DNA of 56,788 nt from Fibrobacterales bacterium (GTDB taxonomy: Bacteria; Fibrobacterota; Fibrobacteria; Fibrobacterales; JAOPTW01). The stretch spans positions 1 through 56,788 of the forward strand of contig JAOPTX010000014.1 of the NCBI GenBank assembly GCA_051532055.1, given 5' to 3'. This document shows positions 50,316-56,788 of this stretch, in pieces (positions within the stretch are counted from its first letter, which is position 1; each line of letters starts with the position of its first letter). The notes under the pieces were generated by a model. The model did not search any database, was not told the DNA's origin, and worked only from the letters and a program-made list of their open reading frames with translations. The translations under genes and the position numbers were made by a program.

Positions 50316-53300
50316 TTAGCGAACAACACCAACTGACATAGAGCCCCAAGTCATAGTCCCCGCTTTAGACCCCGATTCACCGGCACCATCGTCAGAATCA
50401 CTTTCAGTAAGGCCCCAACGACGAACCCATTTTAATTGTGACTTGGTAACATAGAGCCCTGTCGCAACAGGTCTACCACTTTCACTCATGGGAACCCCTT
50501 GTTCATTCAACGCCCATTCCACGTGAATTCTCACAGTATCATCGAGAAGGTAGAGCATCTCTGTTGTCAAAGTAAATGAATGCTGCACTCTATTTACATA
50601 CTGACCAGTATAATCATAGATATACATCTCGTGAGTAATATCATATTCATACACATCTCCCAGTGCTAGTTTCAGTTCAAAAGTGAGCCCCTCAGGCTCA
50701 GGCACCTCGGTATGGTACTCAATTTCATCAACTGAACCTAATACGCCAGCTCCCTCAGTCATCTTAAAGTATTCATTTTCCTTTTTACCCGGCTCAACAG
50801 CAAGTACTCTAAACTGCACCTGCTCTTCACTTACATCATTTTTATACTCGGCATCAATTGATACCTCCCCCAGATCAATTATTGATTGCAATGGAAAAAG
50901 AGAGGCATTAATTTCGTCCGAAGCATTACGCTCCTCTTGAGTCATACTACTTTGTACTTCAGCAGCGCTACTTTCTCGCTCCTTAATCTCTTCACTCGAA
51001 GAGAACCCCTCTTCTGGCTCCGGTAATTCACTAAAAAAGATCGCCTGCTCCCATACATCATCATCATCTTCTTGGTCAACATACCGAGCATAGATTGTAT
51101 CACCTTCCATGAATGATATTTCGTTACTTCCCGTCCGATACGCCTTTTTGTCAATGGCTTCAATTTCATCGCTTATAAACACTTCTCCCGACTGTTCAAG
51201 TTTCACTATCACCGTATCTTTTCGAATTGGATTATAGAGCATTACTTCAACAGAACCTAACCCTAAATTGTCCCTATCGTCGATCACAATTTGAAATTCA
51301 ATTTCATTCGGTTGCATTGGTGATTGTACTGGATTTCCATCATCATCTTGTACCTTAAGTACTGCCTGAGTTCTATCACCTTTTGAAAATTCAACAAAGA
51401 AACTTTTATTAGAAAAAGCACACCCTCCATTACTTTTACAAGGCTCGCATTCTGGGTCAGGGCCTGCAAAAATAGTTATATCAACCATATTTCCACCAAT
51501 CCCCATACGTGCAGGAATATCAAACTCCCACACATCACTCTCCACATCATATCGAGCAACCTCTGAAATATTTTCAACCTCTTCACCGTTAACCCAAATA
51601 TCTGTAACAAAACCGCCCTCGGTAATAGTAGCTGTCCCGGTAACCATTATGATCGATGAAGGATTATCTATTGCAACGTACGTACCATTCGGTACATCAA
51701 AAGGGTCATCAAGAGTCACTTCAATTTCATAGTGAGCCCGTTTAGTCTCCATCTCTTTTTGTGAAGGAGAAAAGCCCCAAATATATTCATCTTTACGATA
51801 AACGGTAATATAGGGGTTTGTTTCAAATGTCCAAAATTTTGTATCCTGATCTTCTTTGTCGCTTTCAACAATACCTTCAAAATCGACTGGATCACCATTT
51901 GCTCGAGAATGCGATCTATAACTCCAATCAGACCCTCCAAAAATATGATTAGGCGATTCATAAATTAAATCAGAATAAGGATGATAGGGTGATCGAGCTC
52001 TAAATGCCACATCCATTCTCATACGAGCCCCACTCGCCATATAGGTATCACCAAGGGGTATCGGCATATACCAATCCCATTCATCAGTATCAGGGTTATA
52101 GGTATCTGCTATTTTTTTCAAATGAGTAAACTGTACAAGGGAGTCACTATCACTACACCAACCATCACCTCTCGGATATCCATTACTACTATAAGGAATA
52201 CATTCATCAACTGCGAGTCCAAACTGATACTCTCCCTCTTTCGGAAGCTCCATATCATCTCGAGCCGGCTCAATGAGAAACTCTTCTTCCGTACCAGTCA
52301 TGTAGATACGCAACTCAAGAGAATCGTATGTTTTAGTATCTTGGTTAATTAAATTAACACTCAGAAATTGAAGTCCATTTTTAGCATAAATGAGTGACCG
52401 AAGGTCAAAGTCAACATGCTCAACCGGAGTGGTAAACTTAAGTGGCTCGCCCTCTTCATTGACCGACACAACCTGACCTTCTGATTCTACCGCAAAATAA
52501 TAGGTAGTCTGTTCAGTAAGTCCACCGATTTTAATACGATGAAACCGTGTCGGGATCCCAGCGAGATCTCCACTAAGGGAGTTATCCATATCATCATACT
52601 CTCGCTGATCTTCATCCCAATAGATACTACTTTCATATTTACCATTGGGCGTAAACCACATGATTTCTGCACTGTCAGCGGTAATATTACAAACACGAAT
52701 GGTGCGAATCTCTGCTGAGCCTGCCGGAGCAGCATTTGTAGTAAACTCAAAGGGAACTTCCTCTTTTGGGTCTTTCCACTGTATAGAGAAATTTCCACTT
52801 CTAATATTATATGACTTCACGGAGAAATAATAGGTGGTCGAATTATCTAAATCCTTCACTTCAAAAAGGTGCTCAACACCTGCACTATCCGAAACAACAA
52901 CCTGATTGAGATCATTTTCTGAGGTTCCAAACAGTATCTCTGATTTACCATACTTTGTTTGCTTTACTCGAATGATGGCCCTATCATGACCAACATACTC
53001 TATTTGTACCGTACTTTCTGGTGCCCCATTGAGATCTTCATCAACCGCCAGACCAAGAGTTGGTACTAAAATCGCTGTAGTTCCATCAAGACACACTTCT
53101 GAATATTTATATTCATGGAGCTTTTCTATGTAATCCGTTGATACTCTTGGGTCTCTCCCACCTTGGAGAGCTCCAACCGGCGGGCGATACGGGTAAAATG
53201 CACCCGGTAAATTTTTACCTTCAAAATTAGCAGCACGATGATGCGGGTGATTAAAATTCTTATCACCTACCCCATAAATCATCGAAATATCCCAAGGATT

Positions 53301-55106
53301 AATACCGAGCATATAATCGATCTGGTGAATTACAAGGTCTTTAATTGCACTACTATTCCCATCAAATGTACCACTGGGTAACGCAACGCCTTCGAGATCT
53401 TTTGCCACATCATAGTACACAAACAGCTCAGTAATATTGCCCGCCTGATACCTATTCCACACCCACTCCATTTGTGTCATCATCATATACCACACTGGCT
53501 CATACTTAACATACGATGGATTACCAGGAAATTTAGATTTAGAAGCAACTTCAATTTGCTCTGACCCTTCTGAGATACTTTCGATATTTGCAACAATAGA
53601 ATAGACCACTTTTTCTACGAGTTCCAACCGAGTATCGGAATCAATACCATATTCTGATGCTAGATCATCCGTTTGTAAAATCAATTTATAGAAAGCATAG
53701 AGTACGTATATTTCGGTACTCCCCCAGCTCGTATTAGTGCCACCATGACGTAAGGTTTCATTATTGTAGCCAAACCACCCCCCTTCAAAACAGCCTTTAT
53801 CAAGAAACTCACAGTCCCATGTTTTATTGAGGTCAGTATAGATCATATCATTGAGATACTTTTTTTCTCCCGTCGCCCAAAAAAGAGCAAGGGCCCCAAA
53901 TGCCATATCATCAACAAATGAGCTTTCTCCACCATAAGCACTTGAACCACCCAAGTTTTTATCAGCATCATCTTTTTGACTTTTTGCCTGTTCATAAAGC
54001 TCTGCAGCTATTTTCACTGCTTTTGCACTTTCAGTCTGATCTATATTTTGATAGAGCTTTGAGAAAAACCCAAGACTTGCTGAAAAGCGCCCGAGTACCG
54101 TTGAGTAATTTTCCTCGGTTCTCCCTGGCCTATCGGGACCACCACGATCATACTCCATGAAATCCTGATACTGTGGCTGCCCCCACCAACTGTGATCTTT
54201 GCCAAATTCTCCTATAGAGAGAACCATATTGGGAATATCCCCATTCGCATTATCATACGCACTAAACACATAATCAACTCCATGCTTCAGTTCATAGAGA
54301 ATATCGCCAATCCCATCAGTAGTAAGAGTATTATTGTGATTTCGACCATAGTGATCAGTATCTCTCTCCTGAAATACTGCAGCCGACATACCCAAAACTG
54401 CCGCGGTATGACTCTGAGTAATACCTTCTTTTAAATGATCGCCACAATCATACCACCCTCCAACTGTCGGGTCTTGCATATGGGCAGGAGGGTGAAACCA
54501 ACTTTCACTATTGCCACTCCGCTGAACACCATAAAACTTTAACAGCGCATCTTTAATCATTGTATAGGTTTTGGATGAAATAATAAAATCTGCGGACTGT
54601 ACTCCATCTACCTCAATAACATAAGGCACCTCTTCGGTAAGTCCATCGGGTATACTCCCTACTGAAAGTTTTTTTGAGGGAAAATCACCAGCCATAGTGT
54701 AGCGAATTTGATCTTCTTCCTCTGGTGCTTGTGCACTCCAATAGCCCGTTATATCAATTGATGCACCACCAGTGAATGAAGTAGATTCCAGATCCCCACT
54801 CCCCTCTACAGAACCCGTCTTTTTATTAATCACCTTAAAAGTAGAGGCACTTCCAAAATAATAGAAGGTTTTGATATCCTGAGGCCTATATCCGGCCTGA
54901 TTTACTCGAATTGGGTTAATAGTAATATTAAGTGAATCCCGAACAATTTGATCTACAGTGTCAGCTATGGGTATCGCAATAGGTTCATAGGGAACAGGTT
55001 GTTCTTGAGCACCGGTCATGGATGTTACAATAAAAAGCAAACAAAAAATCAGAACCTTATAAAATACAATATTCTCATGATTCTTTTGACAAATAGCGTA
55101 AAGCAT
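50316..55106 (-). CDS. Large multidomain GH9 cellulase (Ig-like + GH9 + FN3-like + uncharacterised C-terminal domains)
   Basis: IRVNQAGY, GGWYDCGDHLKE, LGINPW..S.IYGVG, HPHHRAA, YSEVCLD; FN3-like LDNSTTYYF and LTEQTTYYF. ATG 55106 follows GAGGG. Confidence 0.92.
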   Translation of the reverse strand: MLYAICQKNHENIVFYKVLIFCLLFIVTSMTGAQEQPVPYEPIAIPIADTVDQIVRDSLNITINPIRVNQAGYRPQDIKTFYYFGSASTFKVINKKTGSVEGSGDLESTSFTGGASIDITGYWSAQAPEEEDQIRYTMAGDFPSKKLSVGSIPDGLTEEVPYVIEVDGVQSADFIISSKTYTMIKDALLKFYGVQRSGNSESWFHPPAHMQDPTVGGWYDCGDHLKEGITQSHTAAVLGMSAAVFQERDTDHYGRNHNNTLTTDGIGDILYELKHGVDYVFSAYDNANGDIPNMVLSIGEFGKDHSWWGQPQYQDFMEYDRGGPDRPGRTEENYSTVLGRFSASLGFFSKLYQNIDQTESAKAVKIAAELYEQAKSQKDDADKNLGGSSAYGGESSFVDDMAFGALALFWATGEKKYLNDMIYTDLNKTWDCEFLDKGCFEGGWFGYNNETLRHGGTNTSWGSTEIYVLYAFYKLILQTDDLASEYGIDSDTRLELVEKVVYSIVANIESISEGSEQIEVASKSKFPGNPSYVKYEPVWYMMMTQMEWVWNRYQAGNITELFVYYDVAKDLEGVALPSGTFDGNSSAIKDLVIHQIDYMLGINPWDISMIYGVGDKNFNHPHHRAANFEGKNLPGAFYPYRPPVGALQGGRDPRVSTDYIEKLHEYKYSEVCLDGTTAILVPTLGLAVDEDLNGAPESTVQIEYVGHDRAIIRVKQTKYGKSEILFGTSENDLNQVVVSDSAGVEHLFEVKDLDNSTTYYFSVKSYNIRSGNFSIQWKDPKEEVPFEFTTNAAPAGSAEIRTIRVCNITADSAEIMWFTPNGKYESSIYWDEDQREYDDMDNSLSGDLAGIPTRFHRIKIGGLTEQTTYYFAVESEGQVVSVNEEGEPLKFTTPVEHVDFDLRSLIYAKNGLQFLSVNLINQDTKTYDSLELRIYMTGTEEEFLIEPARDDMELPKEGEYQFGLAVDECIPYSSNGYPRGDGWCSDSDSLVQFTHLKKIADTYNPDTDEWDWYMPIPLGDTYMASGARMRMDVAFRARSPYHPYSDLIYESPNHIFGGSDWSYRSHSRANGDPVDFEGIVESDKEDQDTKFWTFETNPYITVYRKDEYIWGFSPSQKEMETKRAHYEIEVTLDDPFDVPNGTYVAIDNPSSIIMVTGTATITEGGFVTDIWVNGEEVENISEVARYDVESDVWEFDIPARMGIGGNMVDITIFAGPDPECEPCKSNGGCAFSNKSFFVEFSKGDRTQAVLKVQDDDGNPVQSPMQPNEIEFQIVIDDRDNLGLGSVEVMLYNPIRKDTVIVKLEQSGEVFISDEIEAIDKKAYRTGSNEISFMEGDTIYARYVDQEDDDDVWEQAIFFSELPEPEEGFSSSEEIKERESSAAEVQSSMTQEERNASDEINASLFPLQSIIDLGEVSIDAEYKNDVSEEQVQFRVLAVEPGKKENEYFKMTEGAGVLGSVDEIEYHTEVPEPEGLTFELKLALGDVYEYDITHEMYIYDYTGQYVNRVQHSFTLTTEMLYLLDDTVRIHVEWALNEQGVPMSESGRPVATGLYVTKSQLKWVRRWGLTESDSDDGAGESGSKAGTMTWGSMSVGVVR

Positions 55107-55342
55107 CAATTACCCTCGTTATGTTATAGACAAATATTTAACACTAAAAAAAGCTACCACTCATAAAAAAACAATACGGACCCTCGACCGAATTGTAGTA
55201 CTAGCCCCTTCATCTTGCGTCGTAAGACACCTTAAATATATGCTATTTACGCGCATTACAAAGTCAAATATAGGTTTTACAATGTCATAATAATCATTTT
55301 ACACAGATGTTGACATTCGGGCGCATTTGTTGACAAATAATT

Positions 55343-55367
55343 AAAAAAAGGCACCCATAGGGCACCT
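55343..55367 (-). terminator. Intrinsic terminator after the MCP gene
   Basis: Minus strand AGGTGCCC-TAT-GGGTGCCT-TTTTTT (two G-U pairs). Confidence 0.6.
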
Positions 55368-55397
55368 CTCAATCGTTATTCATGTAATACTACGAAT

Positions 55398-56788
55398 CTA
55401 CACTTTAAATTTCCCAACCGAGGTCTTCAATTCATTAGCAATAGCAGAGAGCTCAACGACATGTTTCTCACTATCACCCATTTTGGCGCTAATATTAGAT
55501 GTCGATTCCGAAAATTCGGCAATTGTTGTTGATATTTCTGTAAGTCCCGAGGCCGACTCCTGAATAGAGCTCGACACTTCAGCACTGGCTAAATTAACCG
55601 AATTAACGTTGTTTGAAATTTCATTAATGGTTGCAGACTGTTCTTCAACCGCACTTACAATGGTTTGCGATATAGAATTAACCTCTTCAATAATTCCAGT
55701 TATCTCGCCTATCGCCGTTACCGACTTACCAGTATTTTCACGCATACTTGCTATTTGACTCCCAATTTGATCAATAGCAAGAGCAGTCTGCCGCGCCAAC
55801 TCTTTCACTTCACTTGCCACAACAGCAAATCCTTTACCGGCATCACCAGCAGATGCCGCTTCAATTGTTGCATTAAGCGCAAGTAAATTCGTTTGATCTG
55901 CAATATCTTTAATGACATCAAGCACTTTCCCGATCTCTGAAGCCGATACTTCAAGTTCTTTCATAATATTATTGGTACTTACAGACTGCTGATTAGCATT
56001 TTGTGCAATTTCAGATTCCAACTGACAATTTCGTGATATCTCATTGGATGTCGCACTCATCTCTTCAATTGAAGCCGCAACACTCGCAACTGAGGTACTC
56101 ATCTCTTCGGTACTCGCAGCAATATTCGTCATATTTGATGATGCCTGAGAAGACGCAGAAGCAATAGTCTCAGTCTGATTTTTCATTAAATCGGTAAGCT
56201 CTTTTACTTCTTGCAATGTTTCCGATAGTACAATCGACTTATCGGCAGTAGAAGCTGAATGTTTTGAGATATCCAGCAATAGGTTCTTTAAATTCGTCAC
56301 CATATTAAAAAAGGAGTTTGCCAAAGTCCCCGTGGTAGACTGCACTATTTTGCTAAAAGAGACGCTTAAATTACCATCGGCAACATCTTGAGCAACCCCT
56401 CTCAGTTCTGCTGGCTCTTCTCCCAATTGTCCCATTAATTTTCTTATGAGTACTAGAACAATTATTATACCCACAAACACCGCAAAACCACTCCCAAATG
56501 AAGCAACACCATGAGCAAAACTTGCTGTCGCTTCATTTTCGGCTATACGCACTTCCATAAGCTTTTGTTCTATACCAGCAATAGTATCGAGGACCATACG
56601 CAGGTTATCCATCATATCCTTACCCGACCGCGATCCTGCAGGAGGCGATTCACCAGTAATCGTTTTGCCAGCGATAACATTTGCCAGCGCTATTGGTTCA
56701 AGCTCCCCTGCATCGACCTTACGTTTTAGATCAATCTCGAACTGCCCCGCACTTTCAAGCCATCGTTCTTTAAGGGCTTTAACATTCA
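55398..56788 (-). CDS. Methyl-accepting chemotaxis protein with CHASE3-like sensor; 5' end outside the window
   Basis: The frame stays open upstream of 56615 to the window edge ([11 protein letters not shown]...[15 protein letters not shown]3-like GKxxMDxxR). TM, HAMP-like LGEEP, and [20 protein letters not shown] follow. Confidence 0.9.
   Translation of the reverse strand, partial: NVKALKERWLESAGQFEIDLKRKVDAGELEPIALANVIAGKTITGESPPAGSRSGKDMMDNLRMVLDTIAGIEQKLMEVRIAENEATASFAHGVASFGSGFAVFVGIIIVLVLIRKLMGQLGEEPAELRGVAQDVADGNLSVSFSKIVQSTTGTLANSFFNMVTNLKNLLLDISKHSASTADKSIVLSETLQEVKELTDLMKNQTETIASASSQASSNMTNIAASTEEMSTSVASVAASIEEMSATSNEISRNCQLESEIAQNANQQSVSTNNIMKELEVSASEIGKVLDVIKDIADQTNLLALNATIEAASAGDAGKGFAVVASEVKELARQTALAIDQIGSQIASMRENTGKSVTAIGEITGIIEEVNSISQTIVSAVEEQSATINEISNNVNSVNLASAEVSSSIQESASGLTEISTTIAEFSESTSNISAKMGDSEKHVVELSAIANELKTSVGKFKV

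Noticed and set aside
55170..55235. c-di-GMP-I riboswitch upstream of GH9 (GACGCAA on the minus strand)
   Set aside because: Lacks the GGCAAAC and tetraloop/receptor architecture.
55398..56615. ORF-track start at 56615 for the MCP
   Set aside because: The frame is open to the window edge and encodes CHASE3-like sequence; the true start is outside the window.

Overview
AT-rich bacterial region, most likely from a motile, cellulolytic member of the Fibrobacterota. This taxonomy is inferred from FISUMP domains, a TIGR02147-type gene, Ser-rich lipoprotein linkers, a circularly permuted GH16 and a Fibrobacter-type giant GH9. The left end holds the start of a nitrogen-fixation cluster: a partial cluster III-type nifH (missing from the ORF track) with a sigma54 promoter and NifA UAS, two uncharacterised genes, and a GAF/sigma54 activator (NifA/AnfA-like). 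Next come a BNR-repeat protein, an [FeFe]-hydrogenase-MCP fusion, lipoproteins, CotH, and a gingipain-like C25 protease converging on a lipoprotein/FISUMP/CLCA-VWA operon. Further right are a double-PilJ chemoreceptor, GH5, GH16, an unclassified GH-A-like enzyme, GH9, two hybrid kinases (one a pseudokinase) and a CHASE3 MCP. The best candidate for an undescribed system is 30742-34898: two transcription units (caspase-fold DUF6345-like protein with Cys>Ser plus a propeptide-like partner; TIGR02147 HTH protein plus a lipoprotein), each preceded by clustered copies of a TTGGTATAC(G)A motif. No rRNA, tRNA, CRISPR array or mobile element was recognised. All family calls come from motif recognition by eye, not database searches.
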